Positions 12,257 through 24,605 of a stretch of 40,990 nt of DNA are shown piece after piece. Where the stretch lies: NCBI RefSeq assembly GCF_001194135.2, contig NC_068981.1:106511407-106552396 (forward strand), in the 5' to 3' direction. The position numbers and the translations under genes were made by a program. The notes below the pieces were generated by a model, which worked only from the letters and a program-made list of their open reading frames with translations, did no database searches and had not been told where the DNA came from. The stretch comes from Octopus bimaculoides. Taxonomy: Eukaryota. The first letter of the stretch is position 1, and each line of letters opens with the position of its first letter.

Positions 12257-12499
12257 AACACTAGCAGTCAGCAGTTACACACTTTAAATTTCTCAAATAG
12301 TAGCTGCAAACACAAAGACAGATTTTAGACCTAACACAGTTTCAAGAAAAAACTAATTGGGTGAATTTTATAAAACCAGACAGTGTTTCTTTGCTGCAGG
12401 ATCTAATCCAAGGGGGAGAGAGAGATAAGTGGGGGAGAGGGGAATATAGGGTGTGGGGGGGGGGAGAACCAAGAAAAAATTATTAATCTTTGCTTTAAA

Positions 12500-13510
12500 A
12501 AAGATGGAACTGGACTGGATTTCTCTTTATGACAGCAGTTATGACTCCAGGACATCTTGGGAGAAAACTTCTTAACTGAAAATGATAGAAGTTATGACCT
12601 TATCTCCTGCACTTTTAAAACCAAACATTCATCCATAACACAGGCTGAAATTGTTCGATATACACCCATCCACTCATATACATTTGTACTCTAGTACATG
12701 GGGCAAAGAAATACAAGGATGGTGATAAGACTCATAGAAAAACGATGTGCGTTTGTTACTGATAATCATTTTTTTATTGCAGTATAGGGAGGTTGTGAAA
12801 GCAGGGGTTGACAGGAGGTGGCATGTGGACAGAGGGCATCAGAATGGATTTGCAAGTCCTGATAAGACATAAAAGCCTCAAAACTATACTGGGACTGTGT
12901 CCAGTTGAGAGTGTCTAAACAAAGAGCATGAGATTGATGGCACAGGGTAAAAAGCCAAGTTTCTGTTTGTTGCAGTAAGAAACACTTCAGAACCAATCAT
13001 CTTGAAGAATTTGGAAGATTAAGCAAAAGAAAAAAAAAAAAGAGCAATGAAAAACCAGCCAAAGCAGCAAAAAAGCACCATTGATCAAAACTTTGGGAAT
13101 GGTAGGGGAAATTGCTTTGTGCCCACTTCTAGAAGCAAGTAAGCAAAATCTTCATCTCCTAACNNNNNNNNNNATGGTAGGGGAAATTGCTTTGTGCCCA
13201 CTTCTAGAAGCAAGTAAGCAAAATCTTCATCTCCTAACAACCTGGCAACCAGTTGCCCCACTCCATTGTTTGTGGACAAAGAAGAGATAATGGTTGCAGA
13301 AGAAAATGTATAAACTGTCAAAGAAAACGTGAAATGAGAAAAAAGAAAACAAAAAACTCAAAACAGAAGTTAACACAAAACAAGCTAAAACAAATGAGGA
13401 GGAAGAATTTCTTCAAATCAATAATGATATCACACCTCAAAAAAATTATAAAAGAGATGAGGAAGGAATCTTCAGCCTTTGAAAATCAAACAGATTACTA
13501 TAGTTAAAAT
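12500..13510 (+). mobile_element. Possible highly decayed DNA-transposon ORF (pogo/Fot1-like?)
   Basis: Coding-like composition, with weak PxHSxxxL, NGF and GLCP fragments in order followed by a K/R-rich tail. No TIRs found. Confidence 0.25.
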
Positions 13511-14039
13511 TACATATCTGTGGTTCCATAGATATTCTGGTGAAGTAAAAGTAACATAGGCAGAGATAGCTATAGAGTACAGGGGGCATGCAAAAGATTG
13601 TTTAAGTCAAAACAAATCAAAGATACTCTAGTGAACTGCAACAATTCTGTCCAGAAGATATAGGCATCAAATAGAGCCTTTGAGTATATGGGAAAACAAT
13701 ATTAGAAATAATAGGCAGAAACATAAGGTCTTCTGACCCAATCTACCTGGTAATGTTTCTTGTTTTATTTCCTTTTAATAATATCTTGTTTAAATTATTG
13801 TGTGCCTCATTGCCCTTTCTTATTTACTTGAGTGCAAGCTTCTTTACTTTAATTTTTTTATTTGTCTATTTCTATACTGCCTAATGTATTTTACTCACCT
13901 TCTCATCTTTGTAGAGCTTACCCATCTTACTCCAATCTGTTTTTGCAAATCTCCTTGCTAACATTTCTTTGTATTTTCTGCATTTATTTGTGCCCCTGTG
14001 GCTAATGAAGAAAACGTTCTCATCATCATCATCATCATT

Positions 14040-15547
14040 GTTATTATTTCATTGCACAATGTAGATATAAAACATTGGTTCTTGTTATTTTTTTTCTTCC
14101 TCATGATAACTATTAAGCCTTAACAAAAAGCCTTAAACTGCAAGCACCTTTCTAAAAATATGAGCAGTTCAAAGAAGAGATTTTTGGAGTACTTGCTTGT
14201 CTGTCCTGATGCCCAAACATTCCAGTTAACATGATTTTGAGGAATTGAATTTAATGTGCCAATGGTAACTGATATGACATTCATTTTTGCTGCTGTGTAT
14301 CCCCTCATTCTTGATATTTCTACTTTTAATTCAGCATATTTGGAGGTCTTCTCTTCTTTCTTGACTGCATTTTTTTCTTTCTTGACTGCATTTTTTTTCT
14401 TTCTTGACTGCATTTTTTTCTTTCTGAAGGAAATGCCATATCTGTTATGGGGTAACCTGTTTTTATTATGTCTTGCAGAATGACAGCTGTTCTAAGATGT
14501 TCAATTATTCTATCTACCTAGATGTCAAAATCCCATAGAATCTTTCGTTTACCAGGGTTGTTTAGAACCTTTGTTGGTATATTATAGTACCACTTGTCTG
14601 AAGCGTCATAGCCATATTTTTATACAAAATGATCGGTGTAAATTGGAATAAACCTCATGCCATTACTTGGATTGTTTCTGAGCCATCATTTTGTAACTCA
14701 TTCTCCACTCAATATTCTCCAATCACTAATTACACTGGTCAACACGATTCTTGGTGCCAAGAAACAAAACACGTTTTTTAACTAATTTGATGGTGCTGAT
14801 TCTGAAAATGACCTTAGTTTTTCATGGTTAGCAATCATTTTTGCTGTACTGAAATTGCTCATTTTTGGAAAAAAAAAAAAAAAAAATCAATTTACGACCT
14901 TTGCTGATCACAAAATTTAGTTAAAAAAGGTAGTAGAAACCCATGAATTTTCAGGTAGGCTGCGCAATTTATGTCAACCACCAGAAATAAACTATTTTTG
15001 TAAGAAAAAAAGTGTTTTTGAGTCAATTCACTATTCAGGCACTTGAACATATGACGTCCATTGCCTATGTGTTGATAACATTTGTCAAATACTTTGAAAT
15101 AAGTCTGGGCTTTAATTCAAGCTTTAATCTTTCCAAATATATTTTCCCTTTTATGTTCATTGTTTTATGTTTGACAACATTGAGTTCCAATATACTTAAA
15201 TATTTGCATCCATTGTCATTTGATTGTATGATTGTAAGATCTTTTTTCTGATAAAAACCTTCCATTAAAAAGTACTCCTTTCCTTCTCTTCATGACTAAA
15301 ATAATAAATTTTGATGCACCAAACTCCATTCCAATATCACTATAACACACACACTTACTGTTTTAGCAAGTAAATTGATCTCTTTTTCTGATTTGCCAAA
15401 TATCTTTAAATCGTCCATGAAAACTAGATGATTCAGAGGTTCTTTTCTCCCTAGTTTGTAGCCAATGTTGATTTTTCTAAGTGTTTTCCGGATAGGTATT
15501 AGCATCATAACAAATAATGGTTTTAAATTTTGATACAGAGCCAGCAA
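14040..15547 (-). mobile_element. Second R4/Dong-like copy (RT fragment plus RLE), internally deleted and interrupted
   Basis: LNHLVFMDDLKIF (15296-15547) and KYLSILE; then KWYYNIPTKVL..KILWDFDI and KTSKYAELKVEISRM..VISVTIGTL. Ends near (GAT)n at about 14018-14037. Confidence 0.85.
14733..15014. mobile_element. Unrelated insert within the R4 copy, probably a DNA-transposon terminal fragment
   Basis: Breaks R4 coding homology on both sides and contains gatggtgctgattctgaaaatgacctt and poly-A. No matched TIR or TSD seen. Confidence 0.35.
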
Positions 15548-15705
15548 TTTTTAAGGGGTGGGGCAAGTTCATTACATCACCACCACTACCACCACCTTAT
15601 GTTACATACTTCATTGGTACTTTATTTTATCAACACCGAAAAGATGAAAGGCAATGTTGACCATAACAGAATTTGAAATCAAAACATTAAGAGCCAGAAG
15701 AAATA
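15548..15705 (-). mobile_element. SINE fragment
   Basis: tggtacttta-ttttatcaacaccgaaaagatgaaaggcaatgttgac is the reverse complement of the SINE core. Confidence 0.65.
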
Positions 15706-15754
15706 CCGATTTCTTTATTACCCCAAAAAAGGCTATACAAAGAGTTTTTATAGG

Positions 15755-16695
15755 ACGACCTTCGAACATTGGGCCTCACCGAGGCGATGACTTCTGACCG
15801 AAACCTTTGGAAATATGCTGTGCGTGAGAAGACCCGGCAAGCCAAATGAGACCTAAATCGAAGGCCTCAGGCAGCCCACTTATAGGCATCTTCCTTCATT
15901 GGACACTAAACTCCACTTGTGAAGACCTGTTGAGGCAAGTGAAATCGAAATCGAATTAAATTCGACGACTGGCACCCATGCCAACGTCGCCTCCTTCATT
16001 GGAAACGAAACTCGGCCTGNNNNNNNNNNNNNNNNNNNNNNNNNNNNNNNNNNNNNNNNNNNNNNNNNNNNNNNNNNNNNNNNNNNNNNNNNNNNNNNNN
16101 NNNNNNNNNNNNNNNNNNNNNNNNNNNNNNNNNNNNNNNNNNNNNNNNNNNNNNNNNNNNNNNNNNNNNNNNNNNNNNNNNNNNNNNNNNNNNNNNNNNN
16201 NNNNNNNNNNNNNNNNNNNNNNNNNNNNNNNNNNNNNNNNNNNNNNNNNNNNNNNNNNNNNNNNNNNNNNNNNNNNNNNNNNNNNNNNNNNNNNNNNNNN
16301 NNNNNNNNNNNNNNNNNNNNNNNNNNNNNNNNNNNNNNNNNNNNNNNNNNNNNNNNNNNNNNNNNNNNNNNNNNNNNNNNNNNNNNNNNNNNNNNNNNNN
16401 NNNNNNNNNNNNNNNNNNNNNNNNNGCCGAACTGGCTCCTGTGCAGGTGGCACATAAAATACACCATTTTGAGCGTGACCGTTGCCAGTACCGCCTGACT
16501 GGCCTTCATGCAGGTGGTACATAAAAGCACCCACTACACTTACGAGTGGTTGGCGTTAGGAAGGGCATCCAGCTGTAGAAACTCTGCCAAATCAGATTGG
16601 AGCCTGGTGTAGCCATCTGGTTTCACCAGTCATCAGTCAAATCGTCCAACCCATGCTAGCATGGAAAGCGGACGTTAAACGACGATGATGATGAT
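15755..16695 (+). mobile_element. RTE-clade LINE 3' end with (GAT)n tail; contains a gap
   Basis: DDLRTLGLTEAMTSDRNLWKYAVREKTRQAK* followed by the 3'UTR ...ttaggaagggcatccagctgtagaaa...atggaaagcggacgttaaacgacgatgatg. Confidence 0.85.
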
Positions 16696-16712
16696 CATCA
16701 TCATTCGATTCA

Positions 16713-16913
16713 TTTTTTTCAGTGTACAATTTTCATCATCCCACTACCAAGTATGATATCACCCCTTCCTTCCTTATTCATCTATCATCCCTTCCTTTCT
16801 TATTCATAAACACAAGAGTATTATTATAGTAGATTATCTCAGTGACCATGGAAGCTATGAAAAAATTACAAAGCCCAGCATCACCACCGGATCATTCTAC
16901 ACATCTGTGTAAT
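16713..16913 (+). repeat. 200-bp direct repeat, copy 1
   Basis: About 90% identical by eye to 18797-18996. Confidence 0.9.
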
Positions 16914-17227
16914 CAAGCATTTTGTCTGACACACTAGTTATTATATCAGCTTGCCAACTACAAAATAATAAATACTAAAAAAAAAGGAAAGTCACCCTCA
17001 AAGATACCTTTTTTTTAAAGGTTGCAGTTTCCAATGAATTCTCATTCACCAACATCTCTAGTGTTTCATATATGCATAGAGGACATTGATGAGGTTTTCA
17101 GCTACACTAAACACTCTCAGTGCCTCTAAAATCCAAGAATGAGGTACAATTTTAACTTATGCCGTGCACAGATTAGTCTGTCATCACTTGCAGTATTCAT
17201 TATCCTTTTCACAATGTTTTGTTTCAG

Positions 17228-17416
17228 GAATTTATAGACTTGAAAATAGATGAGAGACAATTCACCACCTTTTTGATTGATAAGGCACACAAGTCTTTTA
17301 CAAGTAATTTTCTCTCAGGAGATATTGAATTTAGGATATATCAACAAATCACTGATCAACATAACAGTATTTCAGCTGCATACTATTATTTATCATGGTT
17401 AACAAACATTAATCAG
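17228..17416 (+). CDS. Candidate internal exon (189 nt, phase 0-0) of an unidentified host gene
   Basis: Acceptor tatccttttcacaatgttttgtttcag, open frame EFIDLKIDERQF...AAYYYLSWLTNINQ, donor CAG|gtagct. Non-repetitive sequence; protein not recognised. Confidence 0.35.
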
Positions 17417-17857
17417 GTAGCTGTTTAGAGAAAAGTGGATTGTAGCTGTTTTATTGACACCCATCACCTATTGTGTATGCATATATATATANNNNNNNNN
17501 NNNNNNNNNNNNNNNNNNNNNNNNNNNNNNNNNNNNNNNNNNNNNNNNNNNNNNNNNNNNNNNNNNNNNNNNNNNNNNNNNNNNNNNNNNNNNNNNNNNN
17601 NNNNNNNNNNNNNNNNNNNNNNNNNNNNNNNNNNNNNNNNNNNNNNNNNNNNNNNNNNNNNNNNNNNNNNNNNNNNNNNNNNNNNNNNNNNNNNNNNNNN
17701 NNNNNNNNNNNNNNNNNNNNNNNNNNNNNNNNNNNNNNNNNNNNNNNNNNNNNNNNNNNNNNNNNNNNNNNNNNNNNNNNNNNNNNNNNNNNNNNNNNNN
17801 NNNNNNNNNNNNNNNNNNNNNNNNNNNNNNNNNNNNNNNNNNNNNNNNNNNNNNNNN

Positions 17858-17900
<43 letters not shown>

Positions 17901-17901
<1 letters not shown>

Positions 17902-18508
17902 CATCATCAACATCATCATCATCATCGTTTAATGCCCACTTTCCATGCTGGCATAGCTTGGATGGTTTGACTGAGGATTGGCAAGCCAGGAGGCTGCACC
18001 AGGCTCCAATCTGATTTGGCAAAGTTTCTACAGCTGCATACCCTTCCTAACGCCAACCACTTCAAGAGTGTTGTGGATGCTTTTTATGTTTCACCACCAT
18101 GGGAGCCAGTTAGGCAGCACTGGCATCAGTCATGCTCGGATGGTGCTTTTTACATGCCGCCAGCACAGGAACCAGTCAGGTGGTACTGGCGTTGGCCACA
18201 CTCAAATGGAGCTTTTTACACGCCACTGGCATGGGTGCCAGTCAGGCAGCACTGGTATTGGCCATGACTATGATTTCACTTGGTTCAACAGGTCTTTACA
18301 AGCACAGCATATTGCCCGATAATTGAAGGGTACTTTTAAATACGCCAGTTATGTGACACTGGCATTGGCCACAACTATGATCTCACTTGGCTTGCCAAGT
18401 CTTCTCAAGCACAGTATAACTCCAAAGGTCTCAGTCACTTGTCATTGCCTCTGTGAGGCCTAATGTTCGAAGGTCACACAGAGGCAGCCTTCAAACGTTG
18501 GACCTCAC
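17901..18508 (-). mobile_element. RTE-clade LINE 3' end, same family as 15755-16695 but opposite orientation
   Basis: Minus strand reads DLRTLGLTEAMTSD..., then the repeat-containing 3'UTR and a (GAT)n tail at about 17901-17926. Confidence 0.85.
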
Positions 18509-18537
18509 ATATATATATCCATATGTGTGTGTGTGTG

Positions 18538-18590
<53 letters not shown>

Positions 18591-18643
18591 NNNNNNNNNN
18601 NNNNNNNNNNNNNNNNNNNNNNNNNNNNNNNNNNNNNNNNNNN

Positions 18644-18694
<51 letters not shown>

Positions 18695-18796
18695 AACACA
18701 CACACACACACATACACACACACATGCATTCTCATACCCCCCCCTTTCACATACACACATATATATTCACACAGAGTTGAAACACTGTTTGTTTTA

Positions 18797-18996
18797 TTTT
18801 TTCAGCGTACAATTTGCATCATCCCACTACCAAGTATGACATCACCCCTTCCTTCCCTATTCATCTATCACACCTTCATTTCTCATTCATAAACACAAGA
18901 GCATTATTATAGTAGATTATCTCAGTAACCATGGGAGCTATAAAAAAAATACAAAGCCCAGCATCACCAACGGATCATTCTACACATCTGTGTAAT
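18797..18996 (+). repeat. 200-bp direct repeat, copy 2
   Basis: Matches 16713-16913. Confidence 0.9.
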
Positions 18997-20242
18997 TTTT
19001 CGTGCAATTCCACCCAACCATTTGACCATGAATCCCAAGACAAGAAAGAATTGCCCATGTCAAATTTATATGTATAGACTAGCAATGCATCCTGGTGTTG
19101 CCCAGGTGTTATGATCTACATCCACATTGTATTATTTGTTCCTTTCTTGTGGGCAGAATTGGCACACCTGATATATAGTGAACTGGATTACTGGTGTAAT
19201 GGAAGTTATTGTTTCTTTAAAAGTGAAGGGGAGGGGTTCAATCTGCATGGGTTTGCATGAAAGTGCTTTCTGTTCTTAAGAAGGATCACAAACTATATAC
19301 TATTTCATCGTATAAAAGGGAGTTAATACAATTTTGTCCAGAAATCATGTTTTCAAAATTTTTATTTCCCCATTTTCCCCATTGCAATTTCTTAATTTGC
19401 AACATTTATCGAATTAATTTTTTATCCACCTAGAAAAAAATAGAGNNNNNNNNNNNNNNNNNNNNNNNNNNNNNNNNNNNNNNNNNNNNNNNNNNNNNNN
19501 NNNNNNNNNNNNNNNNNNNNNNNNNNNNNNNNNNNNNNNNNNNNNNNNNNNNNNNNNNNNNNNNNNNNNNNNNNNNNNNNNNNNNNNNNNNNNNNNNNNN
19601 NNNNNNNNNNNNNNNNNNNNNNNNNNNNNNNNNNNNNNNNNNNNNNNNNNNNNNNNNNNNNNNNNNNNNNNNNNNNNNNNNNNNNNNNNNNNNNNNNNNN
19701 NNNNNNNNNNNNNNNNNNNNNNNNNNNNNNNNNNNNNNNNNNNNNNNNNNNNNNNNNNNNNNNNNNNNNNNNNNNNNNNNNNNNNNNNNNNNNNNNNNNN
19801 NNNNNNNNNNNNNNNNNNNNNNNNNNNNNNNNNNNNNNNNNNNNNNNNNNNNNNNNNNNNNNNNNNNNNNNNNNNNNNNNNNNNNNNNNNNNNNNNNNNN
19901 NNNNNNNNNNNNNNNNNNNNNNNNNNNNNNNNNNNNNNNNNNNNNNNNNNNNNNNNNNNNNNNNNNNNNNNNNNNNNNNNNNNNNNNNNNNNNNNNNNNN
20001 NNNNNNNNNNNNNNNNNNNNNNNNNNNNNNNNNNNNNNNNNNNNNNNNNNNNNNNNNNNNNNNNNNNNNNNNNNNNNNNNNNNNNNNNNNNNNNNNNNNN
20101 NNNNNNNNNNNNNNNNNNNNNNNNNNNNNNNNNNNNNNNNNNNNNNNNNNNNNNNNNNNNNNNNNNNNNNNNNNNNNNNNNNNNNNNNNNNNNNNNNNNN
20201 NNNNNNNNNNNNNNNNNNNNNNNNNNNNNNNNNNNNNNNNNN

Positions 20243-20309
<67 letters not shown>

Positions 20310-20474
20310 AAGGGAGTTATTTTATGGCATTCTTTCATTTGAAGCAGCAAAGTTGTCAGCTCAATCATATGGTCGGTCATATGAAATCAAATGATTGTTG
20401 ATTTCTGTAGCCAGAGTTTGTGTTACTTGATAGTATCTCTGCATTTCAAAAACACAACAACAACAACAACAATG

Positions 20475-20695
20475 ATAATAGTCCTTTCTACTAAAGGTAC
20501 AAGGCCAGCATGTTTAGGTGGGAGGGACTAAGTCAATTACATCGAGCCCAATACTCAAGAGTACTTATTTTATCAAGCTCGAAAGGATGAAAGGTGAAGG
20601 CGTCGGTGAAATTTGAACTCAATATGTAAAGAACAGACAAAATGTCACAAAGCATTTTGTGTAGCATGCTATCAATTCTGCCAGCTCCAGCTTGC
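20475..20695 (-). mobile_element. tRNA-derived SINE
   Basis: Minus strand has a head gctggcagaattgatagc, B-box-like gagttcaaatt and core ttcatcctttcgagcttgataaaataagtac, with an (TTG/TTA)n-type tail. Confidence 0.7.
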
Positions 20696-21899
20696 TGCAA
20701 TAATAACAATAATAAAAATAATATCAATAATAATAATAATAATAATAATAATAATTTCTTTTATTTAAGGATAATAATGATAATAACTATAATGATGACA
20801 GTGATGGTGCCAATGTCAATGATGATGAGCTTATTCCATACACTGCTCAGGTTCATTACAACTCACCAGACAAGGTTAAGAGAAGGGACAGAGAGATGAC
20901 AGATAAGTCAAGTAAAGAAAGCTAGCAAAGAAAGTAAGAAGTATTTACACAGTACACAGCATAAAAATCAAAAACAGAAAAGTGAACATTAAAAGAATCC
21001 CAAAGAAAAGGTTGCCTAGACATGTCAACAGTAAGTTTTAGACAGGTATCTAACAGTGGTAGCTTATTGTTAGATAAGATGGCTTTTGGCTCTCTCTCCC
21101 ACTGTCTTTGTAGCAGGTGGATTAGCATTTATTGGTTCTCCAGTTATCCTACATCTGACTGTTTCAGTCTGTAGGTGAATGAGTGCTTACTGACTTGCTT
21201 GTAAGTGTAGCGTATTTCATAAGGTCAGGAACTTCATTAGACTCATCATGAGTTATTGAGTAGAGACACTTTTGTATCTGTTTATTTGCAAAGCTGCTTT
21301 CTGTTTTCTTGATAGTTATTCTGACTATATTATTCTTTTACTGATCTTTTCTGGTGCCCACCCATTCGTAGTCATTTGTAGTCATTTGCACTATTCCTCA
21401 CCTTTTTAGAGTGTGTGTGTGTGTGTGTGTGGTGGGGGGACATCTTTGATTTGTTAAAAACCATTTAAACTTTTGCCCTTTCTACCTTTAAATGAGGTTT
21501 TGAGTACCCAGATATACAAAGTTTCAATGGGAAATTGCGATAGGCAGTAAGGTTCTGTTCTTTAACCAAATAACTGAACTACAGGTAAATACCATGATTT
21601 ATATATATTACAATAATCTAAAAGATAGTGATTTCAAAATTTCAAAGGCTTTCTCTATCATGCTATTAGAATATGGACATGGAGATCTGGAAATTCCAGG
21701 CTCAAAATATCAAGTGTTTCAGAATTCTTTGAACAAACAGTTGCCAAATTAGCCACCATTGTCTGTTACAGGTTTCATAGTCTTAGAAACTGAGATTTGT
21801 GGTGATTGATGACTGTTTAGTTTTAGTTTTTTATATTCACCATATTAGTCCATGAATACAAAAAGTTGAAATTTCTTGAAATAAAATAAATATTCTCTC

Positions 21900-22900
21900 A
21901 CAGTTAGTCATAGTAAATCCAGCACTGGTACTGTTTTATGCATCTCTTTGTTTCAGTTTCTTTGAGGCTGCATGCAAGCATTATATTTATCGAACAGATC
22001 AATGATGTCTGCTAGCATCATACACCAATGTAGTAATTTTCTTGCTCTCTTTAGATACACCTAAGTATGACTTGTACGTGCATATAGTTAAGTATTTCTG
22101 TCATTACTTAGAGAGTAACAAGTTTGTAGTTTTTGACTAGTGTGCCCTGGATATGCATTAGTTCATCTTGTACTTTCAGATACTCCCACCAACATATTCA
22201 ACAGTGTACATAACATTATCACTACTTGGTTCTCTGTTGGTTTCATCAATTCTTGGTACAGAAAAAACAAGATTGTCATTTTTTGTGTGTTTGTATATCA
22301 ATGACCAAGGATCAATGTATCCAAAACCAAACTGTCAGTTAAATCATTAAATTCACTTGCACACACCTTTTTCTCAGTTTCATCTACCATTTTGTTTTGC
22401 AAAATGGAACTGATTTCTAGCATTAAAGAGATTAATTTTTGGTGTACAGAAATTATTATATGCATTTTTACCTTTCTCACATGTGAAACTGGTATAAAAA
22501 TATTTACCTCATTCACTGATAGTGTAAAGTAACTGAGCAATTTTGATTTTATCAGCTTCTTCCCACCACATACTGTGGTGAGGAGCTTATAATGAGTCAA
22601 CTTAGGTAAAAATTGTAGTGTTGTAAACTGTAAAATCCCTCCTTGAATAAACACCCCTAGTCATGTAAATTGACATGTGATATAGGGTTAAGAGCTTCAA
22701 ACTGAAATTTAACTTTTAATAACATCCATAGGACAGTAAAGTCACTTAGTCAATTACAACAGTTAAACTGTATTACCAACTCACTTACCAGCTTGGTTAC
22801 AAGTGAACAAAATAGGAGCTTTGAAATACCATCAGCATATGTAATAATCAAGCAGCAAACTAACCTTTCTTTTAACAGATTGATGGTCATTACCTATTGT
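21900..22900 (-). mobile_element. Possible very old LINE (RTE-like) remnant
   Basis: Minus frames give ITYADGI, then MVDETEKKVCASEFNDL, then TLLNMLVGVS..R*TN, in the order expected for the RT and post-RT region. Similarity is weak. Confidence 0.3.
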
Positions 22901-24083
22901 GCATGCATTTACACCTTTAACAATGAATAGTGGTAATAGAATGCAGCAACTCCTTAAAGCTAGTAAACCACATGCATTGAGAGCTGTTGTGATCACAGAC
23001 ACAACAAAATTCAAAGAAGCAGAATAAGAATTACTGCCTGATTAGCTGACTGTCTAACTCTTGTCACGCCAGTCATCTCTACTCTACTTTCCTAACAGAA
23101 CAAGAAAAAATAAGAAATAATAACTTGATGCTAAACAAAATTTTTTAAATGTTTATGACTTCATTAAAAGAGACAGTGAAGTGCTCATGATCTTATCAGG
23201 GACCCTGAACTTGATGAGGGTTGGCAAGAAAGAAGCCATAACTGATGTAGGAAGTCTCACAACTATCCTCTGAGCAGAGATGTGGTCCAAACACTTATAT
23301 CAGACTGGACTTTACTAAAGGTACCCAAAAACCAGATTGTAATATTCAGCAGGGCAACGTATACTTTTCTGCTATTTTCATTGCTTTTTTGTTGAAGCAG
23401 AAGTATAATACCATAGAATAGAGCAGGGTAGGTAATTTAATATGAAATTAATATGGATAATTGCTAGAGAATAATGAATAGAAAGAAAACATTAAGAGAA
23501 AGGAAGTTTCAGATGAATGAAAAACCTTTGAAGAAGATTAGGGTAAAGTATTTATTATAGGATTTGAAGAGAAAGGTTAAGATAGAGTCAGTGGAATGAG
23601 ATAGGGAATAGAGCTTGCAGTCTTTATGAAAGTGTTCACAAGTTGATAATTTCAGAGGAGCAAAATAGGCAGAGAATGGACACAGACTGATATTAAACCA
23701 AAGGTTGTAAAAGTTGATTGGTAAATTAACTTGCAGTTGTACAGCTATCTTTTACACAACCAAGAATATATTTTGTATTTTCTTATGTGCATGTAGTTGT
23801 GCATTTATGCATCTATTATGTGAATAAGTTTGTGGGCATGAGTGTATATGTTTGTTTCTGTGTGTGTATTTATGTTGCTTCACTACTGACATATCAACAG
23901 TGCTGTGATATAGGCAAATACTGAATATTCTCACAGGAGAATGAATTAATGTATTGACTGATATATTATTCATGTTTATTGTCAACATATTTACTCCTAG
24001 CTTCCTTGCTTCTGTTATGCTTTCATAAGTTATCACATACATCTCAAACTTCTTACTTGAATGTCTATTTGTAAGGAAGGAAA

Positions 24084-24129
<46 letters not shown>

Positions 24130-24524
24130 CTGAGTATGTGCATGTGTGTGTGTGTACTGCCAATCTTCTCAACAATTGCTAAATTCAGTCATTTTTGCTA
24201 TCTATAACCCCTCCATGTCAGTTCTCTTGACTAATATGACACATCTACCATTTCAAGCAACCCCTTCACCATCACTACCCCTGTTATCTATATCATTTGT
24301 GCCTGTCATTTATGTATGCTTTGCCTGCTCTTTTAATGAAACTTGCTGCACATGAAGTGCTGGTTCAGTTTCAGTCTACCAGAAATGTTATTATCTGTTC
24401 ATCTGCTAACATTGCTTTCTTTCTTTCTTACAAAATGCTAATATATCATTATACAGTATTATTTCATTACACACACATGTATGTATGTATATACATATAT
24501 GTATATATGTATAAATCTATATCT

Positions 24525-24525
<1 letters not shown>

Positions 24526-24605
<80 letters not shown>

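Noticed and set aside
13097-13242. Exact duplication of about 67 bp on either side of a 10-N gap
   Set aside because: Typical unmerged contig overlap (assembly artefact).
13899-14017. Minus open frame NVFFISHRG...KLYKDEK ending at AAG|gtgagt
   Set aside because: No polypyrimidine acceptor (preceded by (GAT)n) and no recognisable homology.
18100-18400. Repeat-spacer-like pattern suggesting a CRISPR array
   Set aside because: The units are degenerate, lie inside a eukaryotic RTE 3'UTR, lack unique spacers, and there are no cas genes.
8720-20380. Long ORFs containing X runs
   Set aside because: They stay open only because they cross N gaps.
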